Assembly (NCBI GenBank): GCA_032718475.1
Contig: JAUCBJ010007985.1
Location: forward strand, 93,567 to 157,566
Direction of reading: 5' to 3'
DNA length: 64,000 nucleotides
From: Nemertoderma westbladi
Taxonomy: Eukaryota; Animalia; Xenacoelomorpha
The position numbers and the translations under genes were made by a program. Under the pieces are notes generated by a model. It was not told the origin of the DNA. It did not search any database and worked only from the letters and a program-made list of their open reading frames with translations. Positions 51,345-61,100 of this stretch are shown here, piece by piece; position 1 is the stretch's first letter, and the number at the start of each line of letters is the position of its first letter.

Positions 51345-52859
51345 TTGGCTACTGTTGTTTTGTTATTTTTAGGTGGTGTCCGATCTGCCACTGTAGTTTT
51401 GTTATTTTTAGGTGGTGTCCGATCTGCCACTGTAGTTTTGTTATTTTTAGGTGGTGTCCGATCTGCCACTGTAGCTTTGTTATTTTTAGGTGGTGTCCGA
51501 TCTACCACTGTAGTTTTGTTATTTTTAGGTGGTGTCCGATCTGCCACTGTAGCTTTGTTATGTTTAGGTGGTGTCCGATCTACCACTGTAGTTTTGTTAT
51601 TTTTAGGTGGTGTCCGATCTGCCACTGTAGCTTTGTTATTTTTAGGTGGTGTCCGATCTGCCACTGTAGTTTTGTTATTTTTAGGTGGTGTCCGATCTAC
51701 CACAGTAGTTTTGTTATTTTTAGGTGGTGTCCGATCTGCCACTGCAGTTTTGTTATTTTTAGGTGGTGTCCAATCTGCCACTGTAGTTTTGTTATTTTTA
51801 GGTGGTGTCCGATCTGCCACTGTAGTTTTCTTATATTTATGTGGTGCCCGATCTGCCACTGTAGTTTTGTTATTTTTAGGTGGTGTCCGATCTACCACTG
51901 TAGTTTTGTTATTTTTAGGTGGTGTCCAATCTGCCACTGTAGTTTTGTTATTTTTAGGTGGTGTCCGATCTGCCACTGTAGTTTTGTTATTTTTAGGTGG
52001 TGTCCGATCTGCCACTGTAGTTTTGTTATTTTTAGATGGTGTCCGATCTGCCACTGTGGTTTTCTTATCTTTATGTGGTGCCCGATCTGCCACTGTAGTT
52101 TTGTTATTTTTAGGTGGTGTCCGATCTGCCACTGTAGTATTGTTATCTTTATGTGGTGCCCGATCTGCCACTGTAGTTTTGTTATTTTTAGGTGGTGTCC
52201 GATCTGCCACTGTAGTTTTGTTATCTTTATGTGGTGCCCGATCTGCCACTGTAGTTTTGTTATTTTTAGGAGGTGTCCGATCTGCCACTGTAGTTTGTTA
52301 TTTTTAGGTGGTGTCCGATCTGCCACTGTAGTTTTGTTATTTTTAGGTGGTGTCCAATCTGCCACTGTAGTTTTGTTATTTTTAGGTGGTGTCCGATCTG
52401 CCACTGTAGTATTGTTATTTTTAGGTGGTGTCCAATCTGCCACTGTAGTTTTGTTATCTTTATGTGGTGCCCGATCTGCCACTGTAGTTTTGTTATTTTT
52501 AGGTGGTGTCCGATCTGCCACTGTAGTTTTGTTATTTTTAGGTGGTGTCCAATCTGCCACTGTAGTTTTGTTATTTTTAGGTGGTGTCCAATCTGCCACT
52601 GTAGTTTTGTTATTTTTAGGTGGTGTCCGATCTGCCACTGTAGTATTGTTATTTTTAGGTGGTGCCCGATCTGCCACTGTAGTTTTGTTATTTTTAGGTG
52701 GTGTCCGATCTGCCACTGTAGTTTTGTTATTTTTAGGTGGTGCCCGATCTGCCACTGTAGCTTTGTTATTTTTATGTGGTGTCCGATCTGCCACTGTAGT
52801 TTTGTTATTTTTAGGTGGTGTCCGATCTGCCACTGTAGTTTTGTTATTTTTAGGTGGTG
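51345..52859. repeat. 39-bp satellite (ACTGTAGTTTTGTTATTTTTAGGTGGTGTCCGATCTGCC), left of the Gypsy insertion
   Basis: 13-aa periodicity in the ORF track. Confidence 0.97.
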
Positions 52860-53119
52860 TATAATGTTGAGGTAATTATCAATAATTATCAAATATAAAA
52901 TACAATTTATTATAACAATAAACTTTAATATTTATTAGAACTTATCTATTAGTTATTCTTACTGCATACTGTTTACAAATATATAAATCAAATTATTAAC
53001 TCTAAGGATCTCACTAGCAGATCAATCAAAATCTTTTTTCCTTCAGTACCGGTAGTTGTTATTATATAATCAATAATAAAAAGTCTTTTTACTAATCAAA
53101 CAAAATACAGTACACTATA
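52860..53119 (-). repeat. Gypsy 3' LTR (260 bp)
   Basis: Matches 57867-58126; preceded on the minus strand by the G-rich PPT GGGGGGTGG (53120-53128). Confidence 0.93.
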
Positions 53120-56100
53120 CCACCCCCCGTATAAGATGTGGAGCATCAGTTATTTTAAAATAGCATCTTGATTTTTCTTTATTAAAAGTAACAGTCTTTT
53201 TGGGTTTTTTTATATCACGTTTACTGTTTGTTAAAAAATGTTGAGCTAAATTAACAGCGTTGTCTAGCAAACGTGTACGAATTTTGAAATAATTACAATC
53301 GAATTTGGAAATTTGTAACTTGTTTACAAAATCAGTTCTATTGGTAGCAAAATATCTAACAGGTAAGGCGTTAGCTGGACAAATATTTCCGTATATTTTT
53401 GTATTCTCGGGTAATATTAATCCAGGCCAGGGTGGATAGTTTTTACTTTTTCCTATTATGACGTCATCAGTTCGTACATCGGAATTTCCATTAGATCTTT
53501 TGGATAGAATTGAAGTAGGTTTAGCTTTATCTTGTTCTCCTCGATTAGTTAGTAGTTTTTGTTTTACCTGAGTAATTCCAGTTGTGATTTCTTTTCTCTG
53601 TGATTCATTTATGACGAATGCAGGTTTTGTACGATCGATAGAAATTTTCTCATGGTATTTTTTCTTTAACACAGTGATAGTTTTATCGTCTCTGTCCAAA
53701 ACTTCAAATGGACCAGAGTAACAGTCACTTAAAGTTGATTTCTTTCTGTCGTTTCGTTTCCACACGTGAGTTGCTTTATGTAGTTCCTTAGGAATATATG
53801 TTGGTGCTGTGTGTTTGCGTTCTGGAGCAGCAAATGAGTTTATTGTTTCAAACAAATTGTCCATATAATTCGGTAAATATGCTTCAGTTTCATTCTTGGA
53901 AGAAGGAATTAGGAATTGTCCAGGTAGGTCAATGGGTCCGCCATAGACCATTTGGGATGGACTATAACCTTGGCAGTTCACTGATGCGCGCAATCCTAAA
54001 AGGATTAATGGCATTGTCTCTGACCAGCTGCGATTTGTTGAAGCATGTGCTCTTAGAGCATTTTTCAATGTGCGATGGAATCTCTCCACGGCTGAATTTG
54101 ACATCGGGTGGTAAGTTGTTGTTCGTTTGCGATTGATGCCTAATTGTCTCATTAGTTCTCCCCACACAGTGGACTCAAATTGAGTTCCTCGGTCGGAAAT
54201 TAATTCTCTAGGGACTCCAAAACGACTAATCCACGCAGTAATTAGGGCGTTTGCTACTGTTTCTGTATCAATTTGCTTTACAGGAACTACTTCGGGCCAG
54301 CGTGTGAAGCGGTCAATGATAGTCACCAAGTGAGTAAAATCCTTTGAGGGAGGTAATGGCCCCACTAGGTCTATGTGAATGGTATGGAATCGATCTGTTG
54401 TAGGTATTGTACCAATAGGAGATTTCGTATGTCGCACAATTTTGCATTGCTGACACCTAAGACATTGGCGGCACCATGTTCGTATATCTTTACTCATACC
54501 TGGCCATACATGTTTCTCTGCAATGAGTTTGATTGTTGCCCGGTGCCCCAAATGTGCCAGATTATGATGTTTCTCAAATGTTGTGAAACGCATACTTGTT
54601 GGTAAATAAGGACGTAAAGTTGACTTTTCTTCATTACACCAAATGAAATTGTCACCCACAGGTATCTTCTTCAATGGTAGCGTTGTGTTCTTAAAGAACT
54701 CTTGCAGTGAAGTATCAGAGTTTTGGGCTTCGACCAGTGACTCATCACATGTAGTAGTTATGGTCAATAAAGATCTTGATAACGCGTCAGCTACTATGTT
54801 GGATGAACCAGCAATGTGCTTTATAGTACAATTGAACTCAGATATAAATGAAATCCACCTTGTTTGCTGTGGTGTTGGGTTTTTCATTGTGAGCATGTCA
54901 ATCAATGGTTTATGGTCCGTTTTAATCACAAAATCTGTACCGAGTAACCACGGGAAGTGTTTAAGTGATAGGTAAATGGATAATAATTCTCGATCGAAAG
55001 TAGATTTTCTCGATTCATTGGAACTAAATTTCGCAGAAAAGAATCCTAAAGGTTGTTTGTTGTTGTCTATAATTTGATGAAGAACTGAACCAGCTGCTAC
55101 ATTGGAAGCATCTGTTGTAATTTCGAGTTCCAATTTAATAGTCTTTGTGTTTGGAAATGCAAGAACCACACTATCTGTAATAGCTATTTTCAGTTTATTA
55201 AAAGCTTCCGTTTCATTGTCACTCCAATTTAATGTGTTATTGCTTTTGGATTTTCGATCTCGCGTCATGTCGGTTAAAGGAGCAGCGATTCCCGAGAAAT
55301 TTGGAACAAATCGGTGATAGAATCCTGCCATGCCTAGCAGGCGTTTGAGTCCTTTAATGGAGGTGGGTTTTGGGTAATTAACAATTGCCTCAACTTTCTC
55401 AGGTAGTGGTTTGATGCCTTCAGCTGAAATGTGGGCACCTACAAACTTTACACTGCTGCAAAAGAAAATACATTTTTCTTCTCGTAGTCGTAAACCAAAT
55501 ATATTTAAACGATGTAATATGGAGTCTAGATGTTGTAGATGTTCTATGGGATTTTTGCTAGCAACCAATATGTCATCTAGATATACCCAAGCAAAAGCAA
55601 TGTCTTGTAAAACTGTATCCATAAGACGTTGAAAAGTCTGAGAAGCATTTCTTAGTCCATACGGCATTCTCCGAAAAATATACAAACCAAATGGGGTAAT
55701 TACAGCAGCTTTATGTTGATCATCTTTTGCTATTGGTATTTGAGTGTAAGCAGATTGTAAATCTAATTTGGAAAATATTGTAGAACCATGTAGAGCACCT
55801 GGTATTTCGCTTAAATTCGGCATAGGATATCTATCCGGAATTGTCTGAGCATTTAAACCACGGTAATCACCGCAAGCGCGAAAAGGTGTTGTTTTCGAGT
55901 TTGGTTGTGGAACCATATGTAATGGTGATGCATATGGGGATTCACCACGGTAGCATATACCTTGGGATTCCCATTTAGCAAATACCTTCTTTGCCTCATC
56001 CAAACGTTCGCCAAAAAGTCGTCTGGCTTTAAAATGGGATGGATGTCCAGTAGTGAGAATATTATGTTCTATATCATGTTTAATGGGTTGGAAAATATTT

Positions 56101-56657
56101 ACGGGTTTAAATATGTCTGGGTATTTGTCCAAGAGGTCATTAACCTTACTGTTGAACTCTTGATTTTCTACTGTTATTCTTCGAATTGTTGGTGTTAATT
56201 GGATTTCAGTTTTATTAATTTGCTTCTCATTTGACTTGCGGTTGGTTGTATCTTTGTTTTGTGTTGGATCATTGCTGGAGAATGTTATATCATTTAGAGG
56301 AATTAATCGATTGTTAGTGCAATCTACTAGAAGCTTGTGCTTTGCAAGAAAATCTGCCCCTAGTATTGGTTGAGGAATGTCTCCAATGTAAAATGTCCAG
56401 GAATAGAGTTTATTATTAACATTGGGTAAAGTAAATTGTAGTTTTTCTATACCAATGACGTTTATTTCAGTTTGGTTGGCCGCTTTTAATATAATGTTTG
56501 GAACTGGACGCATATCGGAAGTAGCATATTGTGTAGGCAGTACACTAACTTCACTACCACTATCCGCTAAAAATTCTTTTACAAGTCCAGTTGCGGTCAC
56601 ATATATAGCGTTGACTCCATCACCAGCCGCTCGAGTGGTGGAGTCTATCAGTTTCCC
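53115..56657 (-). CDS. pol: Gypsy pol: protease, RT, RNase H, integrase, C-terminal PWWP-like domain
   Basis: FLADSGSEVS; DYRGLN, YLDDIL; TDAS, DRELL, TDHKPL, ADALSR; HHNLAH..CLRC, IDLVGP, SDRGTQF, VERFH, GPF; KNYPPWPG..VRYFAT. Confidence 0.95.
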   Translation of the reverse strand, partial: GKLIDSTTRAAGDGVNAIYVTATGLVKEFLADSGSEVSVLPTQYATSDMRPVPNIILKAANQTEINVIGIEKLQFTLPNVNNKLYSWTFYIGDIPQPILGADFLAKHKLLVDCTNNRLIPLNDITFSSNDPTQNKDTTNRKSNEKQINKTEIQLTPTIRRITVENQEFNSKVNDLLDKYPDIFKPVNIFQPIKHDIEHNILTTGHPSHFKARRLFGERLDEAKKVFAKWESQGICYRGESPYASPLHMVPQPNSKTTPFRACGDYRGLNAQTIPDRYPMPNLSEIPGALHGSTIFSKLDLQSAYTQIPIAKDDQHKAAVITPFGLYIFRRMPYGLRNASQTFQRLMDTVLQDIAFAWVYLDDILVASKNPIEHLQHLDSILHRLNIFGLRLREEKCIFFCSSVKFVGAHISAEGIKPLPEKVEAIVNYPKPTSIKGLKRLLGMAGFYHRFVPNFSGIAAPLTDMTRDRKSKSNNTLNWSDNETEAFNKLKIAITDSVVLAFPNTKTIKLELEITTDASNVAAGSVLHQIIDNNKQPLGFFSAKFSSNESRKSTFDRELLSIYLSLKHFPWLLGTDFVIKTDHKPLIDMLTMKNPTPQQTRWISFISEFNCTIKHIAGSSNIVADALSRSLLTITTTCDESLVEAQNSDTSLQEFFKNTTLPLKKIPVGDNFIWCNEEKSTLRPYLPTSMRFTTFEKHHNLAHLGHRATIKLIAEKHVWPGMSKDIRTWCRQCLRCQQCKIVRHTKSPIGTIPTTDRFHTIHIDLVGPLPPSKDFTHLVTIIDRFTRWPEVVPVKQIDTETVANALITAWISRFGVPRELISDRGTQFESTVWGELMRQLGINRKRTTTYHPMSNSAVERFHRTLKNALRAHASTNRSWSETMPLILLGLRASVNCQGYSPSQMVYGGPIDLPGQFLIPSSKNETEAYLPNYMDNLFETINSFAAPERKHTAPTYIPKELHKATHVWKRNDRKKSTLSDCYSGPFEVLDRDDKTITVLKKKYHEKISIDRTKPAFVINESQRKEITTGITQVKQKLLTNRGEQDKAKPTSILSKRSNGNSDVRTDDVIIGKSKNYPPWPGLILPENTKIYGNICPANALPVRYFATNRTDFVNKLQISKFDCNYFKIRTRLLDNAVNLAQHFLTNSKRDIKKPKKTVTFNKEKSRCYFKITDAPHLIRGVV

Positions 56658-57802
56658 GGTGTCTTTCTCCCCCCAGCAATCTCTGGGTCCCACTGGCAGT
56701 TTTCTCCCATACACTTAGTAGCATTCTTACCGAATTTCCAATGGTACCAACAAAATTTTCCATCAGGGTTGAAGGAACGTGATTTGGAACGAGTTTGGCG
56801 GTAATCTCTTGGAGCTGATGGAGATCTCGAGGCGGAATATCTTTCTCGACTGTTCCCTGGATTACGACTCAATCCTCGTGAGCGATCGTCTTGAGTGGAT
56901 AACCGGTTGATGGCATGGGTTAACTTGGTCATTTGCTGTGTGATATTACTGCACCAGAGTTCCATGGGGTATCCATCGGCTGCAGTGGCGCCTCCAGTTG
57001 TAGTTGTGTTGTTTGGATTAGGCCTAAACGTAGAGGTGTGGTTGATTGGAACTGTAACACTGTTTACATTGACTGGGCTGGTATATATTTGTTCAACCAT
57101 ACGATCCGCAATTTCAGCGAGTTTTTCGGTTGAGATTCCATCAATTGATATTAGCGCTAAACGGACAGGTTCGGGTAAAATCTCCAAAAATCGTAGTTTA
57201 ACTATGTTTTCGTTATGCGGAGCTAAACGTAACAGTTGTCTCAGGGCGACGGAGGGTTTGCGGTCGCCAAGGGTTTGATCCTGGAGCAGCTTCTTTAGTC
57301 GTCGTTCCTCACTGTCGTCAAAAAATTTTATTACACTGGATTTTATAGTTTCAAAATTATCGGAAACATGTACGCCGCTGTCGAAGATTACATTTGTTGG
57401 TAGGACTCTTAGCAGACTGTTTTTCATAACTTCTTCGGATGAGTTAGAGAGGATTTGTTCGATTTGATCAAACCAGATCCTTGAATCTTTTTCGTAGAAG
57501 TTCGGTAATTTCACCGTAATTGTAGTCGGATTCGGGATTAACGATGGGTTGCCACCAACGTGGGAAGGAGGTTTAGTTAGAGTCTGTTGGACGTGATTGA
57601 AAGCTAATTGAATAACGGATGGAAGTTCGCTATTAAGAGCGTCGAGGAGGTCCTGTTTAGTGGATGGCATTCCAGCAAAGTTGGGATCGTCTTGATGGAT
57701 TAATTGTAACATGGCTTCTAATATAGCCTTGGGTTGGTTGTGTAAGTCTGGCATTATGATTATACGGTACCGGTCAGCCGGTGCTGATCTTCCAATTATC
57801 AC
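56648..57802 (-). CDS. gag: Gypsy gag (CsRn1-type)
   Basis: KLPNF...WFDQIE, LGDRKPS, CWYHWKFGKNATKC..C (CHCC-type finger). Confidence 0.92.
   Translation of the reverse strand: MIIGRSAPADRYRIIIMPDLHNQPKAILEAMLQLIHQDDPNFAGMPSTKQDLLDALNSELPSVIQLAFNHVQQTLTKPPSHVGGNPSLIPNPTTITVKLPNFYEKDSRIWFDQIEQILSNSSEEVMKNSLLRVLPTNVIFDSGVHVSDNFETIKSSVIKFFDDSEERRLKKLLQDQTLGDRKPSVALRQLLRLAPHNENIVKLRFLEILPEPVRLALISIDGISTEKLAEIADRMVEQIYTSPVNVNSVTVPINHTSTFRPNPNNTTTTGGATAADGYPMELWCSNITQQMTKLTHAINRLSTQDDRSRGLSRNPGNSRERYSASRSPSAPRDYRQTRSKSRSFNPDGKFCWYHWKFGKNATKCMGENCQWDPEIAGGRKTPGN
56651..56657 (-). promoter_or_regulatory. Putative -1 ribosomal frameshift heptamer G GGA AAC
   Basis: XXXYYYZ heptamer immediately before the gag stop, inside the gag/pol overlap. 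Confidence 0.75.
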
Positions 57803-57847
57803 TTCGGTACACAGTTTTGTAGTAAGTTTTTTTTTATCTCAGTAGTT

Positions 57848-57864
57848 CGACGTCTGGGTCACCA
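57848..57864 (-). promoter_or_regulatory. Primer-binding site, tRNA-Trp type
   Basis: TGGTGACCCAGACGT, 2 nt inside the 5' LTR; resembles the Trp PBS TGGTGACCCCGACGT. Confidence 0.8.
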
Positions 57865-57866
57865 TA

Positions 57867-58126
57867 TATAATGTTGAGGTAATTATCAATAATTATCAAA
57901 TATAAAATACAATTTATTATAACAATAAACTTTAATATTTATTAGAACTTATCTATTAGTTATTCTTACTGCATACTGTTTACAAATATATAAATCAAAT
58001 TATTAACTCTAAGGATCTCACTAGCAGATCAATCAAAATCTTTTTTCCTTCAGTACCGGTAGTTGTTATTATATAATCAATAATAAAAAGTCTTTTTACT
58101 AATCAAACAAAATACAGTACACTATA
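57867..58126 (-). repeat. Gypsy 5' LTR (260 bp)
   Basis: Matches 52860-53119. Confidence 0.93.
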
Positions 58127-61100
58127 TGGTGTCCAATCTGCCACTGTAGTTTTGTTACTTTTAGGTGGTGTCCGATCTGCCACTGTAGTTTTGTTATCTT
58201 TATGTGGTGCCTGATCTGCCACTGTAGTTTTGTTATTTTTAGGTGGTGTCCGATCTGCCACTGTAGTTTTGTTATTTTTAGGTGGTGTCCAATCTGCCAC
58301 TGTAGTTTTGTTATTTTTAGGTGGTGTCCGATCTGCCACTGTAGTATTGTTATTTTTAGGTGGTGTCCAATCTGCCACTGTAGTTTTGTTATTTTTAGGT
58401 GGTGTCCGATCTGCCACTGTAGTTTTCTTATCTTTATGTGGTGCCGGATCTGCCACTGTAGTTTTGTTATTTTTAGGTGGTGTCCGATCTGCCACTGTAT
58501 TTTTGTTATTTTTAGGTGGTGTCCGATCTGCCACTGTAGTATTGTTATTTTTAGGTGGTGTCCAATCTGCCACTGTAGTTTTGTTATCTTTATGTGGTGC
58601 CCGATCTGCCACTGTAGTTTTGTTATTTTTAGGTGGTGTCCGATCTGCCACTGTAGTTTTGTTATTTTTAGGTGGTGTCCGATCTGCCACTGTAGTTTTG
58701 TTATTTTTAGGTGGTGTCCAATCTGCCACTGTAGTTTTGTTATTTTTAGGTGGTGTCCGATCTGCCACTGTAGTATTGTTATTTTTAGGTGGTGCCCGAT
58801 CTGCCACTGTAGTTTTGTTATATTTAGGTGGTGTCCGATCTGCCACTGTAGTTTTGTTATTTTTAGGTGGTGCCCGATCTGCCACTGTAGCTTTGTTATT
58901 TTTATGTGGTGTCCGATCTGCCACTGTAGTTTTGTTATTTTTAGGTGGTGTACGATCTGCCACTGTAGTTTTGTTATTTTTAGGTGGTGTCCAATCTGCC
59001 ACTGTAGTTTTGTTATTTTTAGGTGGTGTCCGATCTGCCACTGTAGTTTTGTTATCTTTATGTGGTGCCTGATCTGCCACTGTAGTTTTGTTATTTTTAG
59101 GTGGTGTCCGATCTGCCACTGTAGTTTTGTTATTTTTAGGTGGTGTCCAATCTGCCACTGTAGTTTTGTTATTTTTAGGTGGTGTCCGATCTGCCACTGT
59201 AGTATTGTTATTTTTAGGTGGTGTCCAATCTGCCACTGTAGTTTTGTTATTTTTAGGTGGTGTCCGATCTGCCACTGTAGTTTTCTTATATTTATGTGGT
59301 GCCCGATCTGCCACTGTAGTTTTGTTATTTATAGGTGGTGTCCGATCTGCCACTGTAGTTTTGTTATTTTTAGGTGGTGTCCGATCTGCCACTGTAGTTT
59401 TGTTATTTTTAGGTGGTGTCCGATCTGCCACTGTAGTTTTGTTATTTTTAGGTGGTGTCCGATCTGCCACTGTAGTTTTGTTATTTTTAGATGGTGTCCG
59501 ATCTGCCACTGTGGTTTTCTTATCTTTATGTGGTGCCCGATCTGCCACTGTAGTTTTGTTATTTTTAGGTGGTGTCCGATCTGCCACTGTAGTTTTGTTA
59601 TCTTTATGTGGTGCCCGATCTGCCACTGTAGTTTTGTTATTTTTAGGTGGTGTCCGATCTGCCACTGTAGTTTTGTTATCTTTATGTGGTGCCCGATCTG
59701 CCACTGTAGTTTTGTTATTTTTAGGTGGTGTCCGATCTGCCACTGTAGTTTGTTATTTTTAGGTGGTGTCCGATCTGCCACTGTAGTTTTGTTATTTTTA
59801 GGTGGTGTCCAATCTGCCACTGTAGTTTTGTTATTTTTAGGTGGTGTCCAATCTGCCACTGTAGTATTGTTATTTTTAGGTGGTGTCCAATCTGCCACTG
59901 TAGTTTTGTTATCTTTATGTGGTGCCCGATCTGCCACTGTAGTTTTGTTATTTTTAGGTGGTGTCCGATCTGCCACTGTAGTTTTGTTATTTTTAGGTGG
60001 TGTCCGATCTGCCACTGTAGTTTTGTTATTTTTAGGTGGTGTCCAATCTGCCACTGTAGTTTTGTTATTTTTAGGTGGTGTCCGATCTGCCACTGTAGTA
60101 TTGTTATTTTTAGGTGGTGCCCGATCTGCCACTGTAGTTTTGTTATTTTTAGGTGGTGTCCGATCTGCCACTGTAGTTTTGTTATTTTTAGGTGGTGCCC
60201 GATCTGCCACTGTAGCTTTGTTATTTTTATGTGGTGTCCGATCTGCCACTGTAGTTTTGTTATTTTTAGGTGGTGTCCGATCTGCCACTGTAGTTTTGTT
60301 ATTTTTAGGTGGTGTCCAATCTGCCACTGTAGTTTTGTTATTTTTAGGTGGTGTCCGATCTGCCACTGTAGTTTTGTTATCTTTATGTGGTGCCTGATCT
60401 GCCACTGTAGTTTTGTTATTTTTAGGTGGTGTCCGATCTGCCACTGTAGTTTTGTTATTTTTAGGTGGTGTCCAATCTGCCACTGTAGTTTTGTTATTTT
60501 TAGGTGGTGTCCGATCTGCCACTGTAGTATTGTTATTTTTAGGTGGTGTCCAATCTGCCACTGTAGTTTTGTTATTTGTAGGTGGTGTCCGATCTGCCAC
60601 TGTAGTTTTCTTATCTTTATGTGGTGCCGGATCTGCCACTGTAGTTTTGTTATTTTTAGGTGGTGTCCGATCTGCCACTGTAGTTTTGTTATTTTTAAGT
60701 GGTGTCCGATCTGCCACTGTAGTTTTGTTATTTTTAGGTGGTGACCGGTCTGCTACTGTAGTTTTGTTATTTTTAGGTGGTGTCCAATCTGCCACTGTAG
60801 TTTTGTTATTTTTAGGTGGTGTCCGATCTGCCACTGTAGTTTTGTTATTTTTAGGTGGTGTCCGATCTGCCACTGTAGTTTTCTTATTTTTATGTGGTGC
60901 CCGATCTGCCACTGTAGTTTTGTTATTTTTAGGTGGTGTCCGATCTGCCACTGTAGTTTTGTTATTTTTATTTTTAGGTGGTGTCCGATCTGCCACTGTA
61001 GTTTTGTTATTTTTAGGTGGTGTCCGATCTGCCACTGTAGTTTTGTTATTTTTAGGTGGTGTCCAATCTGCCACTGTAGTTTTGTTATTTTTAGGTGGTG

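Larger units (their letters stand above)
52860..58126 (-). mobile_element. Intact Ty3/Gypsy LTR retrotransposon (CsRn1-like), 5267 bp
   Basis: Apparently identical 260-bp LTRs; 5-bp TSD TGGTG (52855-52859 and 58127-58131); Trp-type PBS; PPT; open gag and pol. Confidence 0.96.
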
